Positions 19,686 to 29,188 of a stretch of 64,000 nucleotides of DNA are shown in pieces. The notes under the pieces were generated by a model. The model saw only the letters and a list, made by a program, of their open reading frames with translations. It had not been told where the DNA came from and did not search any database. This stretch comes from Minisyncoccota bacterium (GTDB lineage Bacteria; Patescibacteriota; Minisyncoccia; Phycocordibacterales; DATDWN01), in assembly GCA_041658985.1 (NCBI GenBank), contig JBAZZC010000001.1:1813-65812 (forward strand), read 5' to 3'. The stretch's first letter is position 1. Every line of letters begins with the position of its first letter. A program made the translations under genes and the position numbers.

Positions 19686-20528
19686 TTACTTCCTCTTGCC
19701 CACCTTCCTTCGTGAAACAATTAATCTGTTCGAGTATTTCTTTGGAGTTCTAGACTTCTGACCCTTTCCTGTTGGCTTACCATATACAGAGATTGCTCTC
19801 TTTCTCCCTCTACCTTGTCTGCCCTCTCCACCTCCGTATGGGTGGTCAACTGGGTTTTGAGCTGTACCACGAACTGTAGGACGAATACCAAGCCATCGTG
19901 AGCGACCAGCCTTTCCAAGGTTTGCTAACCTATTTTCATTATTTGAAACCTCACCAATACTTGCATAGGCAGTCTCCTTCACTTTTCGGACCTCAGATGA
20001 AGGCATCTTCAAGTCAACCATCCCAGCGTCTTTGGCTATAACTTCAATATAATTTCCGGCAGAACGAGCCAGTTTTGCTCCTCCTTGTGGCTTTACTTCA
20101 ACATTATATACAAATGTTCCAATAACTATGTTTTTTAAAGGAAGTCTATTACCAGGCTTTTGTTCAACATTCTCTCCAGTGACACAGATATCACCAACTT
20201 TTACTGATTTAGGAAGTAAAACATATCTCTTTTCACCGTCCTTGTATTGAGCCAAACCAATAAAACCAGCCCGGTTTGGGTCATATTCTACGGTTTTGAT
20301 TGTATAAGGAACGTCCATCTTGTCATATCTAAAATCAACCTCTCGAAAAAGTTTCTTATGACCACCACCTTTGTGACGAGTTGTAATCTTGCCGTGATGG
20401 TTTCTTCCAACTGACCGCTTAAAACCGCTTGTTAAAGATTTGAAAGGTTTACCGGTTGTCAAAAAATCACCGTAGGAAACAGTTGTGTGTTGGCGTTGGG
20501 ATTTAGATGTCGGCTTGTATGATTTCAT
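19686..20528 (-). CDS. rplB: 50S ribosomal protein L2
   Basis: L2 motifs GRNHHGKITTRHKGGGHKK. Confidence 0.95.
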   Translation of the reverse strand: MKSYKPTSKSQRQHTTVSYGDFLTTGKPFKSLTSGFKRSVGRNHHGKITTRHKGGGHKKLFREVDFRYDKMDVPYTIKTVEYDPNRAGFIGLAQYKDGEKRYVLLPKSVKVGDICVTGENVEQKPGNRLPLKNIVIGTFVYNVEVKPQGGAKLARSAGNYIEVIAKDAGMVDLKMPSSEVRKVKETAYASIGEVSNNENRLANLGKAGRSRWLGIRPTVRGTAQNPVDHPYGGGEGRQGRGRKRAISVYGKPTGKGQKSRTPKKYSNRLIVSRRKVGKRK

Positions 20529-20559
20529 AAATTTGAATTTTCTTTATAACTTTCAACTT

Positions 20560-20838
20560 TTAACTTTCTAACTTCTGGCCTTTGGCCAGGTATATGTAAG
20601 CCTTTTTGTATCCTGATTTTGTACCCCTCTTGCCTCGTACAACCACATTTTTTGCTGGTATTGTAACTGTGTTTATTCTGATTGGGGTTATTTTGTATTT
20701 TTCAACAAAAGCTTTCTTAACATCATTAGATGTTGACTTTGGGTCTACTTCGTAAACATAGACCGAAGATTCAGCAGACATCGTAGCCTTTTCTGTAACA
20801 TGAGGTCGTATTAAAATATGGTTTAGGTCTTTCTTCAT
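20560..20838 (-). CDS. rplW: 50S ribosomal protein L23
   Basis: 92 aa, L23 pattern, position. Confidence 0.85.
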   Translation of the reverse strand: MKKDLNHILIRPHVTEKATMSAESSVYVYEVDPKSTSNDVKKAFVEKYKITPIRINTVTIPAKNVVVRGKRGTKSGYKKAYIYLAKGQKLES

Positions 20839-20843
20839 TTTAT

Positions 20844-21593
20844 TTACTTGCCCTGCGTAGCTTTACGCGAAGCGGGGGTTAATTTTTCAGTAATTTGTGG
20901 CAGACCTTTGTCTGGATTTGAAATAACGACATATTTGTATTTCATTAAATCAATTGGGTTTATATTGCGTATTTCATCAACAACTAAATTACCAAAATTT
21001 CTAAAACTTTTTTCTGTTGTTGTATCTTTCTCTGATAAAGCAATGTAGGCTGAATTTTTCTTTTTACTTAGTAAGTCCTTGTAACCATCTATTTTTGAGA
21101 GAGATGAGAGAACATTTTTTGCTTCGTTTGTTTTTATGGCTCGCATTCCTAAATCATCAACAAACAAAACCTGACCGTCTCTATATTTTGCAGAAAGTAT
21201 CATATATAGGGCCTTTGCTTTCATTTTCTTGTTTACTTTTTTATCAAAAATTTTGTCATTTCTTGGCCCATGAGTCACGCCTCCACCAACCCATATAGGT
21301 GAACGAGTTGAGCCGTGCCTTGCGCGACCAGTTCCTTTTTGTTGCCACGGCTTCTTGCCTCCTCCCCTAACATCTCCCCGATTTTTTGTGTGGGCTACAT
21401 TAGTTCTTGCACTTGATTCCATAGAAACAACAACTTGGTGAACCAAGTCAGCATTCCAAGGTAAAGCAAAAACTGATTCTGGTAGAGAAATCTTTCCAGC
21501 TTCTTTACCCTTCTGATTATAAACAGTAGCTTCCAAAGCAACAGGTGTGTCTGTTTTTATTTTAGTTTTTTTTGTTGTTTTAGATGTTTCCAT
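20844..21593 (-). CDS. rplD: 50S ribosomal protein L4
   Basis: L4 motifs, position. Confidence 0.9.
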   Translation of the reverse strand: METSKTTKKTKIKTDTPVALEATVYNQKGKEAGKISLPESVFALPWNADLVHQVVVSMESSARTNVAHTKNRGDVRGGGKKPWQQKGTGRARHGSTRSPIWVGGGVTHGPRNDKIFDKKVNKKMKAKALYMILSAKYRDGQVLFVDDLGMRAIKTNEAKNVLSSLSKIDGYKDLLSKKKNSAYIALSEKDTTTEKSFRNFGNLVVDEIRNINPIDLMKYKYVVISNPDKGLPQITEKLTPASRKATQGK

Positions 21594-21631
21594 GATTTTT
21601 CTTTATAGACTTTACAAACTTTATGGACTTT

Positions 21632-22246
21632 TTACTTTCCTATTACTTCTACTAGTGTTCCTCTGCGACCAGCGACTGTTCCTCGTATAAAAATTTCTCC
21701 AGTTTCTGGTTTTACACTAACAATTGTTAAATTCTTAGTTGTGATTCTGTCTCCACCCGTTCTGCCGGCCATTCTTTTGCCCTTTGCTACACGACCACCA
21801 TCACGACCAGCACCACCGATAGAACCCGGCTCTCTTTCTGAATGTTTTTGCCCGTGTGAACGAGGACCTCCGTGGAATCCATGTCTTTTCACCACACCCT
21901 GAAAACCTTTTCCTTTTGATATGCTAGAAATGATAACCTCGTCCCCCTCTACAAATGTTGAGAGGTCAATTGTGTCTCCGACTTTCATTGCTGGGTCGCC
22001 GTCTGTTGTAAACTCTCGCAAATATCTAAAATTGCCACTTCCCATGTGGCCTTTTTCTGGTTTATTAATATTTTTTTCCGCTTTTTCGCCAAAACCAACT
22101 TGGATAGCATTATAACCATCTGTGGCAACAGTTTTAATTTGTGTGACAACCATTGGACCTGCTTTCAAAACAGTCACTGGATGTACCAGACCCTTATCAT
22201 CAAAAATTTGGGTCATATTGATTTTTGTTCCCAATATGAACTTCAT
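21632..22246 (-). CDS. rplC: 50S ribosomal protein L3
   Basis: L3 motifs FxxGxxVDVTGxSKGKGFQG. Confidence 0.9.
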   Translation of the reverse strand: MKFILGTKINMTQIFDDKGLVHPVTVLKAGPMVVTQIKTVATDGYNAIQVGFGEKAEKNINKPEKGHMGSGNFRYLREFTTDGDPAMKVGDTIDLSTFVEGDEVIISSISKGKGFQGVVKRHGFHGGPRSHGQKHSEREPGSIGGAGRDGGRVAKGKRMAGRTGGDRITTKNLTIVSVKPETGEIFIRGTVAGRRGTLVEVIGK

Positions 22247-22470
22247 ATTTTTATTTTATATTTGGAGACGTTTTGCGGACAGTAATGAGAAAAGGTTTTC
22301 CTCAACATTGCCCTTCGCTAGCCCCCATGAAAAAGTCGCTTAAAGCGATTTGGCTATGGTAACAGATATCAATTTTTTAATCAAGTCGCTCTGGCCTTTT
22401 TGTTTAATATTTTATACAGAAAGGACCTCACGACGAGCGGGGGCCGAGAGGCCCTTCCTTTGTCGTGAGG

Positions 22471-22746
22471 TCACTGGTTGTCGAACTCCGTCGACTCGCG
22501 ACCCAAACCAAGTTGAACAGTCTCGGCGCAGGCCGACAACCTCTCAACCTGGAATCCAGTGTCAATCAACACTAAGATCTTGGTGATTTCAGCTGCCGGA
22601 ACACCTGTTCTCTCAGCGAATCCGTCAATATCCTTCGTGACGGCTTGCATGAGACCAGGGGTCTGCCGAAACAATTGCTTCAGCAGTTTGTAGCTTACTA
22701 TAGTTGAGTCCATCGATATCTCCCTCCAAAACAAATGGTATCCCAA
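22471..22746 (-). CDS. GC-rich orphan protein C1 (91 aa, unknown)
   Basis: GC-rich ORF with GGAGGGA SD; terminator-like hairpin module 22405-22465 immediately downstream. Confidence 0.5.
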   Translation of the reverse strand: MGYHLFWREISMDSTIVSYKLLKQLFRQTPGLMQAVTKDIDGFAERTGVPAAEITKILVLIDTGFQVERLSACAETVQLGLGRESTEFDNQ

Positions 22747-22879
22747 ATTATATAAATGTCAACGTAAACAAAAAACCGCTAAGATTAAGGGTGACTTATT
22801 ATACAGAAAAGACCTCGCGACAGACGAGAGGCGCAAGGCCCTTCCGTTGTGCGAGGTCGTGTGTCAGCGAGTGGAGAAG

Positions 22880-23344
22880 CTACTTCTGCAACACTCCAGC
22901 GACATAAACTCTCGGGGGTGGCCAGCCACCCTTTGTACATCGTGTGATGATTAGCTTGTCGAAGTGCCCACCATTCGGGCCATCAACAAACTCCACCCAC
23001 CCCTGGCAGAACATGGCTGTTGTCGGTTCGTACAACTGCACCTTCGCCCCTGACTTGGAAAGGTCGGCGAAGGCATTGAGTCTGAAATCGTCCTTGTCGA
23101 CTTCACTTCCTTGCCGGTGAGGAATCGCCTTATTCAGACGATCCCTCAGCTCGTTCTCGACCCTCGTCACCTCAGCGCGACGCTGGTTTTGCCGCTCGAT
23201 GGCCCCCTTTTTCAAATGAGACAACGACATGGTCCCGACCAACAGCAAAATACCCACAATCACGTAGGAGAGAAACGTACACGAAGCTTTTCCGAACATA
23301 CCCCCTCCAATCCAGATGGTCAGTACTTGACCATACCCTTTCAT
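22880..23344 (-). CDS. GC-rich orphan membrane-anchored protein C2 (start 23344 or 23299)
   Basis: GC-rich ORF with N-terminal TM helix; TTGACA-17-TATAAT promoter ends right at the upstream ATG; paralogous hairpin module 22800-22860 downstream. Confidence 0.5.
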   Translation of the reverse strand: MKGYGQVLTIWIGGGMFGKASCTFLSYVIVGILLLVGTMSLSHLKKGAIERQNQRRAEVTRVENELRDRLNKAIPHRQGSEVDKDDFRLNAFADLSKSGAKVQLYEPTTAMFCQGWVEFVDGPNGGHFDKLIITRCTKGGWPPPRVYVAGVLQK

Positions 23345-23437
23345 ATTATATCACCCTTTGTAATTAATGTCAATAATACAAAATAGCCCTAGTTAGGGCA
23401 ATTTTGTTGAATTTATATTGTTTGAAATCATCCCAGC

Positions 23438-23878
23438 CTACATAATCTTTACATCGATGTTGACTCCCGAGGGTAAACTCATGTTAGTAAGTGCCTCCAT
23501 AATCTTTGGTGTGGGATTGAGAATATCTATAAGTCTCTTGTGCACTCTCATTTCAAACTGCTCTCTAGCATTTTTGTAAACGAAAGATGAACGATTGACT
23601 GTGTACTTCTTGATCTCTGTAGGAAGTGGAACTGGCCCTTCTATTTTTGCGTCATAGCGAAGAGCTGTATCTATAATTTGTTTTACTGACAGGTCAAGTA
23701 TTTTGTATTCGTAAGCTCTAACTCTGATTCGCAACTTAGAAATTACATCAGCCTTGGCAGGAATCTTGACTGCAGTTTTTTTAACTGCGGGTTTTTTTGC
23801 AACTTTTTCTACCATCTCTTTTTTTGTTGTTTTTGTAACCATTTTTTGTTTATTTAAGTACTTTTGAGGATAGTACAT
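23438..23878 (-). CDS. rpsJ: 30S ribosomal protein S10 (Lys-rich N-terminal extension)
   Basis: LRIRVRAYEYKILD...HKRLIDIL S10 core. Confidence 0.9.
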   Translation of the reverse strand: MYYPQKYLNKQKMVTKTTKKEMVEKVAKKPAVKKTAVKIPAKADVISKLRIRVRAYEYKILDLSVKQIIDTALRYDAKIEGPVPLPTEIKKYTVNRSSFVYKNAREQFEMRVHKRLIDILNPTPKIMEALTNMSLPSGVNIDVKIM

Positions 23879-23884
23879 CTAAGA

Positions 23885-24004
23885 AATTTCATAATCTGGA
23901 TGCAGTTCTAGGCGGAAAGTGAAAAAGAATTCGAGCCTGCCTGAGTGCGCAGGTGAGAATAATTTTTTGCTTTCCAACAACGAAATGCGCCAGATTTGGA
24001 ATTT
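23885..24004. repeat. family-2 structured palindromic element copy d
   Basis: aatctggatgcagttctaggcgga...gagCCTGCctgagtgcGCAGGtga...cgaaatgcgccagatttgg. Confidence 0.75.
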
Positions 24005-24007
24005 CTG

Positions 24008-25204
24008 TTAAGCCGTAATCGAGGTTACAACACCAGCACCCACAGTCTTCCCCCCCTCCCTAATAGCAAACCTCTGGTTCTGCTCTAGGGCAACTGGAGC
24101 AACTAATTTAATCTTGAATGTAACCGTATCTCCTGGCATGACCATTTCCACACCTTCATTTAGAGTTACATCTCCAGTAACATCTGTCGTTCTGATGTAA
24201 AACTGTGGTTTGTAACCAGAGAAGAATGGTGTGTGTCGTCCACCTTCCTCTTTCTTTAGAACATAAACTTCAGCTGTAAATTCTGTATGAGGAGTAACAG
24301 TACCTGGTTTTGCAAGAACTTGACCTCGATGAATTTCTTCTTTCTTTGCACCTCGAAGTAAGATTCCAGCATTATCCCCTGCAATACCCTCTTTAAGTGA
24401 TTTGTTGAACATTTCGATACCTGTAACTGTATATTTCTGTGTATCTTTCAAGCCAATACATTCAATTTCTTCACCAACTTTAACAACCCCCCTTTCAATT
24501 CTTCCAGTAACCACCGTTCCTCGGCCCTCAATTGAGAAAATATCTTCAACTGGCATAAGAAATGGTTTTTCTAGGTCTCTTTGTGGAATTGGGAAATATG
24601 TATCTAGGGCATTAGCTAATTCTAATATCTTCATTGCCCATTCGTCTGTATTGTCCTTTGATTCAAGAGCTTTAAGGCCAGAACCCCTAATAACAGGAGC
24701 ACCCGCACCATCAAAACCCTGTTTTGTAAGGAGTTCTCGAACTTCCTCCTCAACTAAATCAATAAGTTCCTTGTCAGGCACCATATCGCATTTATTTAGG
24801 AAAACAATAAGCTTCGGCACACCGACTTGTTTTGCCAAAAGCACGTGCTCTCTTGTTTGAGGCATCACGCCATCTGTTGCAGCAACTACCAATATCGCGC
24901 CATCCATTTGGGCGGCACCGGTAATCATGTTTTTAATATAGTCAGCGTGTCCAGGAGCATCCACGTGTGCATAGTGTCTCTGTGGTGTTTCGTATTCTGA
25001 GTGGTGAAGAGCAATGGTTATTCCTCTTGCTTTTTCTTCAGGAGCACTATCAATTTTGTCCACTCCTTCAACTCTAGCTGAATATCCTGCGCCTGCGCGA
25101 GAAAGCACAGCAAGAATTGCTGCTGTTAATGTTGTCTTCCCGTGGTCAACGTGGCCAACTGTACCGACGTTTACATGGGGCTTTGATCTATCAAAATCTG
25201 CCAT
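24008..25204 (-). CDS. tuf: elongation factor Tu
   Basis: [22 protein letters not shown]; start at [14 protein letters not shown]. Confidence 0.95.
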   Translation of the reverse strand: MADFDRSKPHVNVGTVGHVDHGKTTLTAAILAVLSRAGAGYSARVEGVDKIDSAPEEKARGITIALHHSEYETPQRHYAHVDAPGHADYIKNMITGAAQMDGAILVVAATDGVMPQTREHVLLAKQVGVPKLIVFLNKCDMVPDKELIDLVEEEVRELLTKQGFDGAGAPVIRGSGLKALESKDNTDEWAMKILELANALDTYFPIPQRDLEKPFLMPVEDIFSIEGRGTVVTGRIERGVVKVGEEIECIGLKDTQKYTVTGIEMFNKSLKEGIAGDNAGILLRGAKKEEIHRGQVLAKPGTVTPHTEFTAEVYVLKKEEGGRHTPFFSGYKPQFYIRTTDVTGDVTLNEGVEMVMPGDTVTFKIKLVAPVALEQNQRFAIREGGKTVGAGVVTSITA

Positions 25205-25460
25205 TGTATTTATGTGTGTTATCTCACAGCGCTTCCAAATTTGGCGAACTTCTGCGTTGGACTTGTAAAATGTTCGTCGTCGTATGTCTATACGCCTCCT
25301 CACCTTTTACTTCGTCCGCCTTGAATTTCATCCAAATTTTAAAGCGTGTAATTAAACAAAGATTAAAACTAATAATGTTTTAGAAATTCCAACAACTCAA
25401 TGTTCGAGAAATCTGAATTCTGGGAACTTCCAAAAATGGTCGCGTGAAGCGACACTGAGT

Positions 25461-25489
25461 ATACTAGTCAAAATAACAAAAATAGTCAA
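25461..25489 (-). promoter_or_regulatory. candidate promoter TTGACT-17-TAGTAT upstream of tuf
   Basis: consensus hexamers on minus strand, about 250-nt leader to tuf ATG. Confidence 0.35.
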
Positions 25490-25493
25490 GTTA

Positions 25494-25796
25494 TTAAGCC
25501 GGTATCAGTAAATCCCTTTTAAGATTTTGGCGTTCTTCTGACACAAGTTGTCCAAATGTTGGGATTTTTGATTGTAAAAAGACCAAAACATCTTGTGGAG
25601 TAGTGGCATCTTCGTCTAAAAGTAAATCAAATTCGGTCTGTTCTTTTTCAGAGAGAATATCAAGAGCTCTTACTAGAAGAGCTTGATATATCATCTTTCC
25701 GACACGGTCAGCTATTTCAACCTGTTTTTCAGAAGTCAATGATTCAAGTCCCCACTCTTTTATTATATCTTTTGATAATGTATCGTCTGTTGTCAT
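25494..25796 (-). CDS. hypothetical acidic protein (100 aa)
   Basis: ORF downstream of giant membrane protein gene, upstream of tuf promoter. Confidence 0.4.
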   Translation of the reverse strand: MTTDDTLSKDIIKEWGLESLTSEKQVEIADRVGKMIYQALLVRALDILSEKEQTEFDLLLDEDATTPQDVLVFLQSKIPTFGQLVSEERQNLKRDLLIPA

Positions 25797-25858
25797 TAAT
25801 TTAATTATATCCTTTATTTATTTGCTCTGCATCCACAGATGGTCACCAAATGTTCATA

Positions 25859-28800
25859 TTATTTTTTAACAAACTCAAAACTTTTAATAACATCTTTTAA
25901 CTCCTTAAATTTGAGTGCTTTTTCATAAGGGGTCTCAACGAGAAATCCGAATAATCCGCCTTTCAAATTGCTATCTAATTTTATATTTGAACCATTTTCT
26001 GTTATCCACCCTTTAGCAATTTCTTTACCGTTGAGTAAAACCCTAACTATGTTTGGGTCTTCCTCTACACCATGAAGCACAGATAATCTTCCACCATCAA
26101 AAACCACACCTTTCATTTCTTTATAACCACTAAACCATTCGTTTTTGTCAAATGCTTCAAGAAATGCCTCACGAATACTTCTGTTTTCTATGCCATTCTG
26201 AAATTTATCATCTAAGACTAATATTTTTCCACTACCAAATGGCCGTTCCTGGGCAATTTTTAAACCTTCAATTTCCATAGTTTTAACACCATTCCTGTCT
26301 AATATATCGACAAAAGTCTCTTTAAATGGAACACGTATTTGGGAAACTTCCACAGCTGATGGAGTTGTTTTTTTAACAGCAAAGACATCTCTTGATTCAA
26401 GTGGTTGCACTACTGGAATCACTTCTGGTTCAGGAGGCATTTCAACCTTAGTGATTTCTGCTTCTGAAACATCTGGCACATCTGGCACATCTGATGTTGC
26501 TTTTGGCATAACCGCTTGTGACTCATTAACTTTTGGTGTAAACATCTCTCCGCCAGTTTCTTCAAAGGTTACTACCTTTCCGGTTTTTGTATCAACCATG
26601 TCAATTGATTTTCCCCCACGCTCATAAACCAAGTGTCCATGATTATCAACACCAAGGTGTTCACCCTTAAACATCATTGCACTATCACCGCCAGTGTCGC
26701 CCGGCTTATAGAAACCATACTCTTTTGCAATTTCAACAGATGGTTTGTCCATAAAATTGGTTTTGATTTCTTGTGGAATGTGGTCGCCATATTTTCTTAT
26801 AACCGCCGCTTTCAAATCAAGAATTGTTTGCCAACCTCCTTGGGAAGACGCCTCAACCCTCACTTGAGATACGTCTACAACTTTTGGACCTTCTGGTATT
26901 TGTGGTTTTGGAACAGCTGGCGTCTCTGGCGGTACCACTTTTGCAGATACGGGCGAAACGACAGCTTTTGGTCTGGCTATGCCGTCAAAAGATTTTGTGC
27001 CTTCAACTCTTGGCCTATCCATTATTTGACTCCCACCTAAACCCCCACCAGTACTGGCTAATAAAGGGGTTTCTAAAAGAGACTGAGTCAAACCAGCCAA
27101 GATACCAGTTCCTGCCCCCGCACCAACCATTATCATAGCTTTTTTAACCCTTTGTCCTTTCATTCTTCTTTTTTCTAATTCACGGGCCTCCATATATTTT
27201 TTTTCCTTTTGTTCAGATGTTACTGATGGGTCTCTGGAAATATAGGTTGCTTCATATTCTTTTCTTATTTCTTCATTTTCTCTTTCTGTTTTTTTGCCAT
27301 ACCGCTTACCAAAATATGTAGAACCTAGAGCCCCAGCGGCACCACGGACTATACGTGTCCCAGCAATTGATGCGCCAAAGGCAAGACCCCCAGCCACACC
27401 AGCACCAGTACCGATGAGTATTGGAACAAAAGCCAGACGAGCTGTTATCGGTACCTTTGACCACACTTTTAAGGCCCTACTCGCTCTTTCTTTTACCCAT
27501 TCTGTTCTCTCGTTTTTTGGTAATGATTCCCTGATTTGTTCCTGTAATATGTTCCATTCTGCGTCAGCATTTTCTAAACGTCTTGATAATTTTTCAAATT
27601 CATCCCCTATTGATTCAGTATCTTTTTCCACCTTCGTTATTTTTGCCTCTATATAAGCATCCAAAGTTTGACCTATTCTTTCTTTTGCCTCTAATTCCAA
27701 CCTTCTTGCATTTTCCACTGCGTCACTCATTGATATCCTGTCACTAGAAACTAGATTTCCCAAAAGACCAATAAATTTTTGTGTGTTTGATTTTCTCTTA
27801 TCATAATCAGCCATAGCCCTTATATATTCCAAACGAGCTTGTTCTAATACTTTTTCAGGATTTTGCTCGAGTACCCCTGAATCTAAAACTACAGAAACCC
27901 CTTCTTCGGATTCACCAAGAATACTAAGTATTTCTTTGTGTTCTTCTTCAGTAAAAGCAAGTCCTGGTCGAGAATAATCAAATAGGATTTTCAAGACTTC
28001 TTGTTTTGTAATTCCACCCTGTTTTAAGGTATCAAGAACAAGTTTAGCTCCTATATCTACTTTATTTAAACCTTCTATATATAAAATTAGTTTTTCTGGA
28101 ACGACAAACACTTTCTCACCTGTCATATTTTCATCCAAGATAATTTCGTGTCTAAGTAGTTCCGCAACTAATTTACGCAAACCCCTTGCTCTTGGTACAT
28201 TTACAATATTTTGCAATGGATTTTCGCTTTTTCTGATTTCTTCTATTGCTTTTATTAAGCCGTCCGGAGAATAACTAATACCACTATCTTTATATACACC
28301 AAGATGACCCAGCTTCTCATATAAATCCTTAAAATCACTAGCTACAACATCTGGACCCCCTTCAGCTTCAATAAGATTTTTAACATCATCCGTCCTTTCT
28401 ATGATAGGTTCAGGTTTTTCTAAATAACTTAAAACCATTGCGTACTGTTCTGGAGAGATATTACCAATATCACGAGCTTCATTTAAAATTTCTCTGACTC
28501 TCTCTTTTGAATTAGCATATTCCAGTTCCCATTGATAACGCCTGAAAGATTTAGCAGTCACGGGGTCACTCTCCGAGGCAACTAATCTAGTAAAAAACTC
28601 TAAAACACGTGAATCTACTCTAAAACTTTCTTTGGGCTCCGTTTCAATTTTTTCTGGAACAATGGGTGGCAACAGTGCATTAGAAATTTCTGGTTCTGGT
28701 GCTAAATCAGTTGGTCTTTGTTTTAAAACGTCAGCAAGGTCGTGCACCCCAGAAGGAACCTGTGGTTCTTCTTCTCGTTGCATATCATTTCTAGCTAAAA

Positions 28801-28930
28801 TATCCAGAGGAGCTTTTCTTGGTGGGGTTAGACTAGAATCTAAATCCGTAGCTGGTTTTGTTTGATCAATAACACCATTCATGTGTGTATTGTATCCCGT
28901 TAGAGTTTTACAATCAACTAAAAATTTCAA
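25859..28930 (-). CDS. giant membrane protein (1023 aa; cytoplasmic N-domain, Gly-rich TM hairpin, large extracytoplasmic C-domain)
   Basis: long ORF between fusA and tuf; central GxxxG-rich hydrophobic segments; no catalytic motif recognised. Confidence 0.6.
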   Translation of the reverse strand: MKFLVDCKTLTGYNTHMNGVIDQTKPATDLDSSLTPPRKAPLDILARNDMQREEEPQVPSGVHDLADVLKQRPTDLAPEPEISNALLPPIVPEKIETEPKESFRVDSRVLEFFTRLVASESDPVTAKSFRRYQWELEYANSKERVREILNEARDIGNISPEQYAMVLSYLEKPEPIIERTDDVKNLIEAEGGPDVVASDFKDLYEKLGHLGVYKDSGISYSPDGLIKAIEEIRKSENPLQNIVNVPRARGLRKLVAELLRHEIILDENMTGEKVFVVPEKLILYIEGLNKVDIGAKLVLDTLKQGGITKQEVLKILFDYSRPGLAFTEEEHKEILSILGESEEGVSVVLDSGVLEQNPEKVLEQARLEYIRAMADYDKRKSNTQKFIGLLGNLVSSDRISMSDAVENARRLELEAKERIGQTLDAYIEAKITKVEKDTESIGDEFEKLSRRLENADAEWNILQEQIRESLPKNERTEWVKERASRALKVWSKVPITARLAFVPILIGTGAGVAGGLAFGASIAGTRIVRGAAGALGSTYFGKRYGKKTERENEEIRKEYEATYISRDPSVTSEQKEKKYMEARELEKRRMKGQRVKKAMIMVGAGAGTGILAGLTQSLLETPLLASTGGGLGGSQIMDRPRVEGTKSFDGIARPKAVVSPVSAKVVPPETPAVPKPQIPEGPKVVDVSQVRVEASSQGGWQTILDLKAAVIRKYGDHIPQEIKTNFMDKPSVEIAKEYGFYKPGDTGGDSAMMFKGEHLGVDNHGHLVYERGGKSIDMVDTKTGKVVTFEETGGEMFTPKVNESQAVMPKATSDVPDVPDVSEAEITKVEMPPEPEVIPVVQPLESRDVFAVKKTTPSAVEVSQIRVPFKETFVDILDRNGVKTMEIEGLKIAQERPFGSGKILVLDDKFQNGIENRSIREAFLEAFDKNEWFSGYKEMKGVVFDGGRLSVLHGVEEDPNIVRVLLNGKEIAKGWITENGSNIKLDSNLKGGLFGFLVETPYEKALKFKELKDVIKSFEFVKK

Positions 28931-29084
28931 TTACTACGCTACTCATCCTGCATAATTTTACTTTATACAAAAAATGTAAAACTCTAACGGGACAGGTCGT
29001 TTTTACAACGTTGATGCAATGAAAAAACTCACTAAGAAGTGAGAATTTTCTGTATTAATAGAATAAAGAATCCTGGAGGATTTT

Positions 29085-29185
29085 TTTTCGAGTTCAAGGC
29101 GAAATGAAAAAATGCGAGGAGCCTTACTGTCGTAAGGTGACGAGGATTTTTGAAATTTCAACGCAGAAATCGGACAAAAAGACCC
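29085..29185. repeat. family-2 structured palindromic element copy e
   Basis: gagCCTTACtgtcGTAAGGtga core with A-/T-rich flanking helix. Confidence 0.6.
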
Positions 29186-29188
29186 AGG

